Source: Zootoca vivipara (lineage: Eukaryota). Taken from it: 64,000 bases of DNA. Under the pieces are notes generated by a model that was not told the DNA's origin, did no database searches, and saw nothing but the letters and a program-made list of their open reading frames with translations. The stretch is taken from contig NC_083288.1 of NCBI RefSeq assembly GCF_963506605.1, positions 32,364,001 to 32,428,000 of the forward strand, in the 5' to 3' direction. Positions 1 to 13,367 of this stretch are shown in pieces (the stretch's first letter is position 1; every line of letters begins with the position of its first letter). Both the position numbers and the translations under genes were made by a program.

Positions 1-592
1 GTTGTAAAGTCTTTTCTATATATCAGATACATCTGATGTGAAACATTGGTGTTATACGCAGAATAAGGTTGGGGAAGAAGAAAAGAGGGGGTAGGGGGTA
101 GTGGTAAACTTATATTTTTATACTTAGTGTGTATGTGGGGTTTTTATGTCAGCCTCATTTGGGTAGGTTCTCTTTCTGTTTGTTTATTATCCTTCCTTGG
201 TAGTGAGAAAGGTTGGGTGTGGGGCCCAGGGGATGGTTGATTGTGTTTAGCTGCCTGTGGTGAGATTTGTTTGTGGGGGAGGAATTGTTGGGTTAAGTTA
301 CCCAGATTGATTCATAGGCTGTCAGTGGGTTCTTGTTGCTGTCTTGTTGGGCTGTGATGTGATAAAGGGGAGCCATACTGGGGTGAAGACACCCTCTTTT
401 ATCTGTCCCCATGTCAGTTTCAGACTATTGGTTAGTTTTTCTAATGAGGTTGTTTCGCATAGTTTAATACCACTGGCCCATGTTTACTCCTGACAAGTCT
501 CTTCAGTGTCTGGCTATGATGCTTCTGGCTGCTGAGAGTAGGTGGGTTATGAGCTCTTTATAGTGTGCATTGGCATTATTATCTTGGAAGAT
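1..592 (-). mobile_element. L1-type LINE 3' fragment in gene A intron 2
   Basis: Minus strand gives a degenerate ORF2 C-terminus (IFQDNNANAHYKELITHLLSAARSIIARH). Confidence 0.6.
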
Positions 593-824
593 CTGCCTGA
601 TTGTTACATATACACCCCAGATGTCTCAAACCAGCCATTGTATGTGTATATTGCCTTTATATGAACTATTATAGTGGTAGTGATTTGGAGAGAAGTTCCA
701 TACTCAGGTCCCCCAATAACTGCAAAAAAGATGTCAAAAATCTCCCTGATTACTCACATATCCATACTTGTCGATAGATCAACAAGACACTTCTTAAATT
801 CAATTGTATATGCGCACTGCCTAC

Positions 825-2937
825 CTGTGGAATATTATAGATCCGTATGATAGTAGCAATATGCAGAGACGTTTCAGATTCAAGTCCCCCAATGACTGCA
901 ACCAGATTGTTCCAGGTGTCACATTTGTAGTTGGGGATAAGCCTTCTGCTTGTGCTCAGAAGTTTTAAGGTGGCATGATAGGTCTGCCTTGTACTGAAAG
1001 TGGTGTCGTAGATATGGAAGCCCAACGTGACATTGGGTAGGAGGTGGCTGTTTTTGTTGATTTGCTTTACGGCAAATGCCAAGGCCAGGACATGCTGGTA
1101 GTTCTTAGTCAGTACACTGCAATGAGAGTTGCATGTGGTGTCACTATGTCATATGCCAACCATGCTATTCTTGATCAGGAGGCCCTGAATCAAAATGCAA
1201 TGCTCATTTCACCATACAATATCAAACAGATTGTTATTATTATTACATGCGATAAAAACAAATGCTATAGATTTGTTTGTGTTTTGGTTGTATTATGCAG
1301 ATGAACGGTGTTATAATAATTTAATAAATACTATAATTAATAATAATCCCTGGAAGTCTGCAGAAAGTTTCAAAATGAGCTGTATATCCTTTCCGCTATA
1401 TCCCCAAGTTTTCCATGATGAATGACCACGATTCTATCTGTCTACAGAGAAGCATATTTCTAACATGAGTTCTACCAATAAAATTAATTCAACACCACAG
1501 AGCTGAAGTTAATATTTACAAGTATTCAAAATTCACAAAAGCTTTTTATTTTTAGTCTGCCCAGGAATTAAGAATTCTGAATTAGTCTTTATAGTGTGAA
1601 ATGTATACTGCTTTCAAAGATATTTTTAAAATGGTAACAGCTACATCAATAAATAGAGATACATGAACAAGTGTTTCTGAGCTCATATTACTAGGGGTGA
1701 AAAGAAATTTTAATCCACGTTTAAAGTTGAATGTACCAAATTCATGCTGTGTGAACCAAAGCAAAATCATTCTCCAAGATTTGCAGTTTTCAAAATTTTG
1801 CAATGCATTTCTCCAGTCAAGTAATGTGTTCAAAAATGAATCTACAGGGGTAAAGTGTGCATTAAAATTCATTTATTAGTGAAAATAATGGACACAAATG
1901 CATTTTATTAAGGGAAATTGGTCTACAAAAATTAGTTTCTTAGTGAAATTGCATACAAACCTGTATGTTAAGAAAAATTTGCACTAAAATTCTGATGAGT
2001 TTTAATGAGAGCCCTTTACTTTTAAAAAATAAAATACACACAAATGGATGCGGAAATGTGGAGAACTGAACTTAAGATGGGAAAAAATGAGGAATAGAGA
2101 GAGAGAATATTAACAAATTTATCCATTCCGACATATCTGATATACAACAGTTATTGAAAAATGCCTTGTATATATGTGAGTATTGTACTTCTTCAAGTAG
2201 GTAACAATTTTAGATTTAAAGCCTAATGCATGACATACTAGTCCGTCAATAATCCGTAGAACGTCTCCTGAAGGACTAGGGGGTGTTTAAGGTCCCCTGG
2301 ATTATAATAAATATAACAGAGGAAGGGTGTCCTATCATTAAACCTTCATTCAATGTCAAAACAAAATCTGTCAAAACAAAATATAGACTCTAGATCATAT
2401 GTGTGTCTTTGGTGTCACATGTAGTGTGTATAACATGCCCAAACAACCAGAGGCTGAAAACACTAATTCAGAGAAGGTAGTTGTTGTTTATGTCTGTGCA
2501 GTAAACGTTTGCTCCTGCCTTTCTGCATATTGAGTAAAGTGTTCTGACAATATTGTAAACTATCAAAAAAAATACTTTATTGCAACTGAAAACTAAACAG
2601 TGTGGAGAAGATTCGGCAATATTCACAAGAAAGTATTTTGAGGATTTAAAAATAAATTAAAATAATCCACCAGACTGAACTGACACTAATAAAAAATCAA
2701 GCATGCAGTTGTACAATTGTATGAAGTATGTTGGGGGGGGGGGACTTACACAGACTCTTCAATCACTGCCTCACTGGGATGGTGCTTGAAGGAAGTCAGC
2801 TCTGAAAGGATAAGTGAATGTGACACAATTCCACCAACAATGAAGTCTCCTGGTTGATAATATTTGTGAAGAATTGGAAGACGATCACTGATGGTGTGTG
2901 GCAGCAGCAACAGTGCCAATGCCACTAATAAAATCAT
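825..2937 (-). CDS. V2R gene A, 5' part (exons 1-2; remainder lies left of window)
   Basis: Exon 1 2937-2750 (188 nt, signal peptide then LHKYYQPGDFIVGGI, GTAAG donor). Exon 2 1116-825 (292 nt, [14 protein letters not shown]...[20 protein letters not shown] ends). Phases match the other copies. Confidence 0.9.
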
Positions 2938-3161
2938 CCTGCTGCGAACTTCTGCTTTGCCTCAGGTTTTCCTTTTAAGAAGTCACATTGCTGAAAATGA
3001 CACTGAGGAATCCTTTGATTGGTTTCCAAGCTTCTTGCCAGCAGTAAATGAGGTTAGATGTTTGCAGAGACATTGAGGAGGGCTTAATCATATAAAAGAA
3101 CAGATTGGTATGGTCACAGCTCCCTCTAATCTTCTGTTCCAACTCAGAATTCCATGGGGCA

Positions 3162-3171
3162 CTTTTATATA
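3162..3171 (-). promoter_or_regulatory. TATA box candidate of gene A
   Basis: TATATAAAAG 225 nt upstream of the ATG; AT-rich equivalents about 190-200 nt upstream in B and C. Confidence 0.4.
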
Positions 3172-4307
3172 ACATCCTTCATAGACATAGCTATTAATTT
3201 TGCTAGCAACCACTAGAACTCTCTAGGAGTTTTGGCAAGATTAATTATAGCTTTTTGATTATTACAGGGCAGACAATCAATGACTAAAATTGAGATTTAA
3301 TTATGGTGCTGTTGAAGAAATCATGTTTGCCACATCTTTAGTAGAAGGACAGAGAACACATGAACAGGAAATAAAACTCCACCAGAAAACACTGTAGAAA
3401 AATCAAGACCTAACTCGTGTGAGTCATGAGAAACCTAACTCTACTATGCACACAACACAACAAAAACAATCAGTTTCTGGGAATCTTTTCAGAGACAATA
3501 TCACAGCAAGAGATGTGAAGGTATGGGGGGGACTGAATAAGATAAGGAATGGACATTTTAATTTTACATTTTAAAAAAAATCTGAAAAAAATTGGAGGGC
3601 AACAGAAAAATGGGGGGAATAGGGGTTTATCCCCAATTATTCCAGGTCTTGACAATACTTAGCACAGCCCACTTTGAGTGCCATCACGCTCAGAATATGT
3701 TTGCACCTCTTGCATTCAGTACTGAATAGGTTTACACCTCTGTGGTTTCTGTAAATTGTTGGACCTCATATTTCATTAGTCCTAGCCAGCATGGACAAAG
3801 GCCAGAAGTTACAGAAGTTGTTGTTTGACAACATCTACAGGGTCACATGTTCCCCACCCCTGCCCATCAGTCTGCCTTTACAAGATTGCCATGCTTTTTG
3901 TACACTTTGAACCCATAAAATAAAGTAGGAAGGCCTAGGCTATTCATTCTACCCTGCTCATCAGTGTGAACATATCTATTTCCTGTTTTGCCAATATGTG
4001 TGTTACTCTATTTCTTTTAGTCTTATTATTTAATCCGTTTACATTCCAAGATAATATTTTAAGATTCATTCTAGTATGTTAAGATGTTTATTCAGTTCTG
4101 CACGAGCCACTTCAGGTTTTATTCATTCATTCATTTATACTCCTTTTCTTCCTCCTCTTTCTCTTCTTCCCCCTCCTGTTGAACTTCCCCAAATTCTTTT
4201 TCATACAGTATTTTGTGGGAAATAGCAATATGGTGCAGTTCCAGGCTAGGATAGTTCAAACAGAAAATAAAGTCCATGTAAAACATCACTTTTGTTACAT
4301 TACCTGA

Positions 4308-5608
4308 TTATTTGAAATTTTTACTGATTAGTAGTTCCCTTTTGTTCAAATGAGGCTTTATTACAATGACGTAACATTTTGGGGAAAAGATGCAGCCCAT
4401 CACCCCACTACTGGAGGCTAAGATTGAGAAGATCTGCACAGCTACTGTATATTTCCCCTTGGAACTCAGGTAGGTTGGAACAAAAGAGAACCAAACACTG
4501 CAAAATCCTAACATGCTGAAAGTGATGAACTTGGCTTCATTGAAACTATCTGGTAGCTTCCTGGCATGGAAAGCCACAGTGAAGCTGGCAAGTGCCAGGA
4601 AACCCATGTAGCCCAAAGCACAGAAAAACATGGTACTTGAACCCTCATTACATTCCAATACAATTTCATTAGGCATTGAATGTTTACCAACATTTGGGAA
4701 TGGGGGAGAGATTGCCAACCATGTAATACAAATAGCTGTTTGGATAAAGGAGCAAGAAATCACAACAGAGGTGGACAGTTTTCTACCCACCCACTTCCTC
4801 ACCCTGGATCCTGGCTTGGTGGCCATGAAAGCCAGAACCACAGTCAAGGTTTTTGCCAGCATGCAAGAAACAGCCACTGAGAAGATGATGGCAAAAGCAG
4901 TTTGCCGGAGAAGACACATTACCTTCTCAGGTCGGCCAATGAATAGCAATGCAGACAGGAAGCAGAACAAAAGAGAGATAAGGAGAATGTAGGAGAGAGA
5001 ACGGTTGTTGGCTTTGACAATGGGAGTGTCATAGTGCTTTGCAAAAATGCCTAGCACCAGAGCTGTGATCAAAGAACATGAAAGAGCAGCAGTAGCTAAA
5101 CTGATCCCCAATGGTTCTTCATATGACAAAAAGGTTACAAGCTTAGGAATGCATGTCTTTTTATCCTTGCTTGGATAATGATCTTCTTGATATTGAAAAC
5201 ATTCAGCCATGTCTGGAAGAGAAGATGAGATAATATTTCTCTGAATTATGTACACATTTTTTATAGTACTCTACAAAATCATTCTCACCATTCTTATCAG
5301 ATATCCTCTCTTCTGGACATGGAAAGCAATCATAGCAGCAGAATGGCTCCCCTTCCTTCTTTTTCTTGCTATAACCAGGAAAGCAGGAATCAGTGCATAC
5401 AGAAATGGGATGTGTCTAATGCGGCAAGGAAATAAGAGGGTGTTAATTTTTGTGTCACTTTAATGGCTGTTGTTTGTTAAGGAAGCTTAGCATGATTCAA
5501 ATAGAATATGGAGAAAAATGTGAGCATTAAAAAGTGCAACAATTGCCTCTCACTATAGCCTAAAGTGTGGAAGTTACCCACTGAGATACAGCTATTTATT
5601 TATTTACT

Positions 5609-5643
<35 letters not shown>

Positions 5644-8600
5644 TTGAATTTGGATACCGTCTTTCATCTGAAGATCTCAGGACAGTTCACAACATAAAAG
5701 TACAGAATAAAACCACAAAGTACAAAATGAAAACAAGAAGAGCAACATAAATCAATAACCTCCACCCTCCCACATCTAAAATGACATTGACTGTTAATCA
5801 GCCAAATCCCTTGTTGAAGAGAAACTTTATTGCCTGGCACATAAAGATATATAATGAAAGTGCCAGACAAACCTCCCTGGGAGAACATTTGCCAAACATG
5901 GAACCACTGCAGAAAATGCTCATTCTCATGTTGCTACTTTCCAACCCCTTGTGGATGAGGCACATGAAGAAGGGCCTCAGATGATGCTCACAGTCTTGGT
6001 CAGTTTATATGGGAAAAGAAGGTCTTGAGGTGAGCTATTTATAGGTCAAAACCAGACCCAACCAGACCAAGGCACCACCACATAGAATGTATGGCAGTAA
6101 TCAAGACTTGCATCTCATGAAGTACACAGTGATGGGGGTACAGAGGTGCCTTGCTAGACGAATGCCCTGTAAGACGAATTTTTCGCTTAACGAAGAGATT
6201 TTTCGAGTGGAGGTTGCCTCGCAAGACGAATTCATTTTGTGAAAAATTCGTCTAGTGAATTGCAGTTTCCCATAGGAATGCATTGAAATTCAATTAATGC
6301 GTTCCTATGGGCAAAAAATTAAAAAAAATTCAATGCATTCCTATGGGATTCGCTAGACGAATTTTTCGTAATACGAATTGACTCCCAGAACGAATTAAAT
6401 TCATCTAGCGAGGCACCACTGTACACAGTCCATTCATTGTCTAGTCAGCTTTCTCACTGTGTGTCACGTATTGTAAGTCTTATAATATTGCCATTTAATT
6501 GCCTCCTGGAAAGATAAGGGAGAGCTAGAAGATGTCTCTACAGTTCCAGTGGCAATTTTGTGATTAGTGATGGCGTTCCTGTGCACCAAATGGCTATACA
6601 CAATACAGCATTTCATATATGAAAAGTTTCTTTGGTGCCCCTGTGAAAATTCAAAATGAGGTTACTTCATTAACTATTGTATTTAAATCCTACCTCATTA
6701 AAACATCTGTGCCACACAATGGCATCTTCTTTAATGCTGATTGCTTGGTCTTCACTTGGAGCTTTGAGGTGAATATTTCCAACTTTCACTCTAACAAAAG
6801 ATTTGTTTGGGAATGTGACCCAGTTTACAATATCAAATCCTGCCACTAATACCCGATTCTGGTCAAAGGAAACCACATCCCCAGCACTGTTGTTAAACAA
6901 GCCTTGTTTCAGAAAGTTGTGGACCTAGATTGAAAAGGCAAATACTGACATTTAATAAAATGGTGTTAATGTACAACAAGAAGCTGAACCTTTCTCTCTT
7001 AAACAGTAAATAATACAGATATAATAACCCACACTTTTTCATTGCAGTAAATCACCTTTTCCAAAGTTAAGGGAATTATTAAAAACAAACTTTAAGAGAA
7101 GTAGAGAGGGAATATAGGACATTTTCAAATTCACCCATGCACCAAAAAGTATAGACAGGATAAGATGGGTTTCTTTGCAACTTACAACCAAGCAAACACA
7201 GTTAAGGACTTCATCACATAACATTTGAGGGGAGTAGCTAGGAGAGCGAGCTGTCCTTAAAAGGTAGTACTTTCCACAAATGCTTCCTTATGCTACTTTT
7301 TGGGGTTGAGTAGAAATGTTGGGGTACATTTTGATTGGGCATTTCATGTTCATTTTCTTAATTGAATAGGCTTGCAGTGACCTGGTTTATTTGGCATTTA
7401 CTGTGGGAAGGTAAGCATAACAACACATGGTGAGTGAAAAGTGGCATAGAAATATAATAAATGAAATGAACCTTTCTACCAGTTATTATTGTCAACTCTT
7501 CATTCTAGGTGTAGGGAAATGTATACAGCTCCCATTTTCAGCTTCCTCGCGTTGTTGGGCTTCAAATAAGATTAGCTGCAACCAGCATTACTAATGGTCA
7601 GGGATCTCACAAGCTGGAATCCAACAACCTCTAGAGTGCCAGCTTCCCCATTCCTGATGTACACTCTTTGCAACAACACTATACCTGGTTTTCCATCCCT
7701 AGTCCTTGTCCTATATACATCCCATGTACATCCTATGAACAGCAGCACCCAGGAAATTATTATGAGAGTGGCCCAGGGCATTATGAGGACTATTATCACC
7801 AAGTCTTCTGTATACAACTTCATCTGGGTTAGAGAATACCATAGGTCACTAGGAAAAGTTTGGGCAAATGCAGAAAATGTGAAAGGAAATGACATTGCCA
7901 GCCATTACCTGCCATGGTTGATTCCTCTGAAGTTTCTTTCTTTCTCCCTCTGCCATTGTTCTGTGTTTGGATGTGGATGAAAGCATATGCAGCGCATGGG
8001 CCACTGCATAGACAGCATTGTAGATACAGTAGCTGTGACCAGTCATGCTCATTTCAAAAATAGGTCCAGGAAGATTCTCCAGACTCTCATCTCCAGTACA
8101 GATATCACCCACCACATCATCCAAAGCAGAGCTTGGGAAAACACAGCCAAATGCCTGTCCCCAGAAATCTCTGATAAAACCATCATCTGTTGTACTGGAA
8201 GGGTTTCTGCCCTGAAGAAATTCTCTGAATCCCTGTACCTCATTGGAGTGGATTGAAAAAGATATAGCACCATGGAAGGCTTGGATATCCCAATCTCGTT
8301 GGTAGGATAATGTCTTGAACTCTATCTGTGCTGTCAGGATCCAGACTATACCTCTTGGCATTTGTGTTGTATATTCCACTTCTGGTAGATATAGCACCCA
8401 TCTCAAAAATATTATGGAATCTGCTTCTCCATAGCAAACAAGTGCATTGGCTGTGATGCTCATAACTCTGTCAAACAGTTCAACTCCTTTTTTTATTATG
8501 TCTCCATTCTCATCATCAAAGCTGAGGTTTTGGAGACACGTTTCTACAAAAGCTAAACATATGCCACTCTGGGATAATAAGGGAAGCATGTGTTGCAGAA

Positions 8601-11600
8601 ACATTTCTACCTTTTCATTGTCATCAGCAATGAATCCAATCCATATCCATTTGAAATGGATGAGTAACTGGAGAATCCCCAGGAACTGAATGCTATCATT
8701 TGGGACCATCTGATAGGATGAAAGGAATTCAGTGATATATGTCCTCTGAGGAGTGGAGCCATACAAAAGCTAAAAGTTTATTGGCAGAGGAGTGGGTGGA
8801 ATACCAAAAAGAAAAAGAAAAGAAATAAGATTTTTATATATATTAAAAGAAAACATATATATATAATGAATTCAAGTCAATTCATTCCTTTCAATGCTAT
8901 CTCAAATGGATTTAATTAGGACAAAGGTTTGTTTGTTTTTTAATTACACTATATGCTTCAATAGTCTTATCAATTCTGGGCAGACTGTCATTCCAAAAGC
9001 CACTGTTCTGTAATGAATCTGTTGATAGTACACTAATGTGCTTGTTTTGGAGATGTTGAATTTGGTACTATGGCATGATAAAGTTTTCAGTCATAATTTT
9101 GGGAGTATGAACAGGTATACTTCTTTTTCTTAATGGAGAAACAGGAAACTTTGGGTCCTTCCTGCTGCTCTGGCATTAGACCTCACTCCTATAGGCTGGA
9201 AAAGTACCACCATAATCAAGGAGTAGAAATGATTTGTGGCTAGAATAAAGAATCCCTTCTCCATTTCAGGTCAGACCAGAAAAATGTTCTGATTAAGTTT
9301 AAGGTAAAGGTAAAGGGACCCCTGACCATTAGGTCCAGTTGTGACTGACTCTGGGGTTGAGACGCTCATCTCTCGTTATTGGCCGAGGGAGCCGGCGTAC
9401 AGCTTCCAGGTCATGTGGCCAGCATGACAAAGCCACTTCTGGCAAACCAGAGCAGTGCATGGAAACGCCATTTACCTTCCCGCTGTAGCTGTACCTATTT
9501 ATCTATTTGTACTTTGACGTGCTTTTGAACTGCTAGGTGGGCAGGAGCTGGGACCAAGCAATGGGAGCTCACCCCATCGCAGGAATTCGAACCGCCAACC
9601 TTCTGATCAGCAAGCCCTAGGCTCTGTGGTTTAACCCACAGCGCCACCTGCGTCCCTGATTAAGTTTACTACATTCCCTGATTACATTACTAAATGGGTG
9701 GGGGGAACAGGATGACTTGATTATGTCATTCAAATGGGTTACATTATTTCTAGTTAATAGCAATTGTGGGCAAATAGTAGGAAAGACACCAGGACAATGG
9801 GAAACTAGGAGTTCCTTATGCAGATTTTGCATGGATCACCAATTAGATGTCATGTGTAGTTCCTTCTGATAATAACAATAAACAACTCTTTGTGGCTTCC
9901 AGCACATATAAAAACATAATAAAATGTCAAACATTAAAAACTTCCTGATACAGGGCTGCCTTCAGATGTCTTCTTAAAGTTGTGCCGTTCTTTATCTCAT
10001 TGACATCTGATGGGAGGGCGTTCCACAGGGAGGGCCTGGTTCCCTCTAACTTCACTACTTGCAGTGAGAAAACTGCTCGAAGACCCTCGGAGGTGAACCT
10101 CAGTATCTGGGCTAAACAGTGGGGGTCCTTCAGGTATACTGGGTTTTCCGTTATTTTATTTTTAAAATAAAAATGGCTGGTCAATAGTTCAATTAGGTGA
10201 TTACTACAAATGGTCTTATATGAGGTTCACTATAAATATTATCCTCACATACATCCAAGTGTAATAAAATGAATTGTGTTACCCTTGACAGCAAGCTTGT
10301 GGTTATTATTAACATCTGTACATTTCTCCTGTTGTGTTTACGTCCAGTAAACAGGCCATAACCTGGTGCGTTATGGGCTTCCCCAGTGCGATCATGCACC
10401 AAAAGTCCCAGGATCTGCAATGGCGTCTCTGTGTGTCTCTGCTATGCCTTACAGCGACTCCCGGATCCCGCAGAGTTTCTTCACAGCGTGTGTGTCTGCA
10501 GAAGGTGTCGGCACAATAATGAATCTCACGGACACAGCTACTTCTGTTCTAAGAAGCATTTATTTACAGCAGCAATAAATCAGCCGGGAGAGAGATCAGG
10601 CATGATGTTTCTCCGCTCGTGACCAAAAACGAAAGTAAAGAACCATTCACATAACAGACAATGCACCCCAGCGACAGGACGTCACTTCCACAAAGCTATT
10701 AACCCTGTAAGCTCTGGGTCTCCTCACATCTTTTTTGTCACTAAATAAAATGTCCTTCCTTGGTAAGAGTAGGGCTATGGCAATGGAAGTTGTGATCCCA
10801 AACCAGAACAGAATTGTACTTGCATTGTACTGAGCATTGTAATTACTCAGCAGCAGAATACTTCCTTCTAAAATATTATAAAGGAGAATGTGAGATCCAA
10901 ATGCAAAAGGATAGCAAATGGATCCAGGAATGTTTGAAATGTCCCTCACAATGAACAATAGGCTAATTAATGGCCCTAAAGAACTTTAAGCACTTTTGAA
11001 TAACTCTTCTTTATGGCCTAAAAGTATATTTTGGTCTTTTCATCCACCATAAATGATTTACTGTTTTCCCTTATCTGCATATCTTCTTCTTCTTCATTTG
11101 GCAATCACTCATAGCTCAGTAAGATTGTCTTCCATAAACCTGGTTTTAACAGTTGGCCCATAAGTGACTGTGGAGACAATTCTGGATCCCCGCATCCTTC
11201 CACAGTGGGGACATAGGTCTCCAGGAGGGAGTTGATCATGGTGAGGGTGTGTCAAGCATGCCTTGCTCTTAGCACATTTCTCCCTTGCGTTCTGAGTACT
11301 AGCATCTTCAAAACCCATGACACTTTTGATAAAGGTTGTTCTCCAATTGGAGCACTCGCAGGTGAGTGTTTCCCAGTTGTTGGTGTATCTGCATATGGCA
11401 TTCATATAAATGGTAAGGTCTACATGTTTCCATGAAATGTACCTATTTCTGTCTTTCAAAGATTAGGCTACATCTGGTAAAAAAAGAAAAAAAGGGGGAA
11501 AACAACAACCGTACATTTCTAAACTCTGCACACACATCCTACCTGTGGAATCTTGTAGATACTCAAAACATTAGCTATGTGGTGAGACGTTTCTGAGTGA

Positions 11601-13367
11601 AGTCCCCCAATGACTGAAATAAGATTATCCTGGAAGTCACATTTATAGTTGGGTATAAACCTGTCTCTTGTTGAAAGAAGTTTCATTGTAGCATGATAGG
11701 TGAATGCAGCACTGGAATATATGTCATACATATGAAATCCCAGGGTGACATTTGGTAGGATCTTGGGGTTTTCGTTGATCTCGTTTATAGCAAACACCAA
11801 GGCCAGGGTGTGCTGGTAGTTCTTAGTCACTACACTATGAAAAATAAAAAAATTCCTTCAGTAGCACCTTAAAGACCAACTAAGTTTATATTTTGGTATG
11901 AGCTTTCGTGTGCATGCACACTTCTTCACTTCTTCTTCTGAAGAAGTGTGCATGCACACGAAAGCTCATACCAAAATATAAACTTAGTTGGTCTTTAAGG
12001 TGCTACTGAAGGAATTTTTTTATTTTGCTTCGACTCAGACCAACACGGCTACCTACCTGTAACTACACTATGAAAAGATTTGCATTTTGTGTTATATTTA
12101 TTTTCTAACTTTGTAATAATATTTCTATTGCATCATGCACATTTCTCATTATTATTAAGTTATTTATTGTTGTTGGCTTTGACCAGTACAGTACTGGAGT
12201 CCAGCACTTCATAAAGTAATCCTTTTTTCAGGTGCTCAGCATTATGTTAGCATATCAAATATACATCAACAAGTAAGGTACCATGTCACCTGGATTAAGA
12301 ATGAGTTCAGAACTGTAGACTTCATAATTTATCTTATAATCCCGTTGCTTGGTCCCAGCTCCTGCCAACCTAGCAGTTCGAAAGCACGTCAAAATGCAAG
12401 TAGATAAATAGGAACCGCTACAGCGGGAAGGTAAATGGCGTTTCCATGTGCTGCTCTGGTTCGCCAGAAGCGGCTTTGTCATGCTGGCCACATGACCTGG
12501 AAGCTATACGCCGGCTCCCTCGGCCAATAATGCAAGATGAGCGTGCAACCCCAGAGTCGGTCACGACTGGACCTAATGGTCAGGGGTCCCTTTACCCTTT
12601 ACCTTTATCTACTTATTTAGCCTTCTTTCCCATACCTTATCAGCAATAAAATAAAACAGATCACAAAATTCTATTTTCAAATGCCTATTTATTCTATTTT
12701 CAATTGCCACATTATCTCTATGTGGAATATTTCCAGGGTGTGTTGTATTGAGACTCTATATTCAAGTTCTAAGCTTAAATATTTCCTGTCCCATAAAATG
12801 AAAAAGTACTTAAAATGCCTCTCTCTTTCTCATTTATTTTGCTACGACTTGGGTCCATCCTTCTGCAATTGATGGTCATGCAACTCCAAAGTAGCAATGA
12901 AGCTGGATTACAATACCATATCAATATTAGGCAATACCACTGATGCATAAACATCATGCTTGCTAAAGCTGTGGCCCTTAACAGCTGTACTTTCTTGTCA
13001 TCTTGGAGTGTGGGTCAACATAGAAATACCTTAACACATCATGCTAAAAGGTTTAGTAATGAAAATACATCTTTCATGCACTGCTACAGAACAAATTTGC
13101 CAATTCTATTGGGACCTTGTAAGTACACGGTAGAAAAATTTTTTTTTCTTACATTGATTCTTCAGATAGTGTCTGGGGAGGTTGCTGGTCAAAAGCCTTT
13201 GGACTGGAAAGGATTATGCTCTGAGAACCAATGCTTCCAAAGATGATGTCTCCAGGCTGATAATACCTGTGAAGAATATCAAAGGGTTCCTGCATTCCAT
13301 ATTTAACAACAGAAGTGGCCAATATTTGGGACAGTAGGAGCATATGCAATACCACTGATGCAGGCAT
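4308..13367 (-). CDS. V2R gene B, complete 6-exon model, 876 aa
   Basis: Exons 13367-13153, 11834-11543, 8769-7909, 6924-6694, 5415-5289, 5212-4308; all GT-AG, total 2631 nt open. Venus flytrap, Cys-rich domain (CCYDC.PC) and 7TM ([27 protein letters not shown]). Confidence 0.9.
5592..6030 (-). mobile_element. L2 LINE 3' end with (ATTT)n tail
   Basis: (ATTT)n 5593-5643 followed by degenerate L2 3' sequence similar to the other L2 copies here. Confidence 0.55.
6141..6421. mobile_element. Tc1/mariner (Tigger-like) MITE
   Basis: TIRs cagaggtgccttgctaga / tctagcgaggcaccactg, TA on both sides; same family as 57526-57813. Confidence 0.85.
9302..9656 (-). mobile_element. Full-length Sauria SINE (lacertid type)
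   Basis: 5' gggacgcaggtggcgctgtgggttaaacc with tRNA-like boxes, 3' (acctt)n tail, 12-bp TSD tgattaagttta (9290-9301 / 9657-9668). Confidence 0.92.
9900..10143 (-). mobile_element. L2 LINE 3' fragment
   Basis: [24 protein letters not shown] matches the end of the L2 ORF at 35040-35528. Confidence 0.8.
10330..10728 (-). mobile_element. Possible solo LTR
   Basis: CpG-richer block with TG..CA candidate ends and minus-strand AATAAA; TSD not convincing. Confidence 0.3.
11083..11385 (-). mobile_element. RTE-clade LINE 3' end
   Basis: C-terminal CPHCGR..GSRI motif, (GAA)n tail, 11-bp TSD tatctgcatat (11072-11082 / 11386-11396). Confidence 0.82.
11844..12061. mobile_element. Penelope-derived palindromic mini-element with hammerhead core
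   Basis: 88-bp perfect inverted arms 11841-11928 / 11939-12026; core ctgaaga-a-gtgtgcatgcacac-gaaa-gctc at 11938-11967; 15-bp direct repeat actacactatgaaaa on both sides. Confidence 0.8.
12340..12606 (+). mobile_element. 5'-truncated Sauria SINE
   Basis: Reverse complement of the 9302 element body, ending ggggtccctttaccctttaccttt. Confidence 0.9.

Noticed and set aside
4630-4992. Antisense and alternate-frame ORFs recurring over the 7TM exons
   Set aside because: Shadows of conserved V2R codons.
5213-5255. ORF-track starts and ends extending beyond exons
   Set aside because: Intronic read-through; true limits are set by GT-AG sites and phases shared across paralogs.
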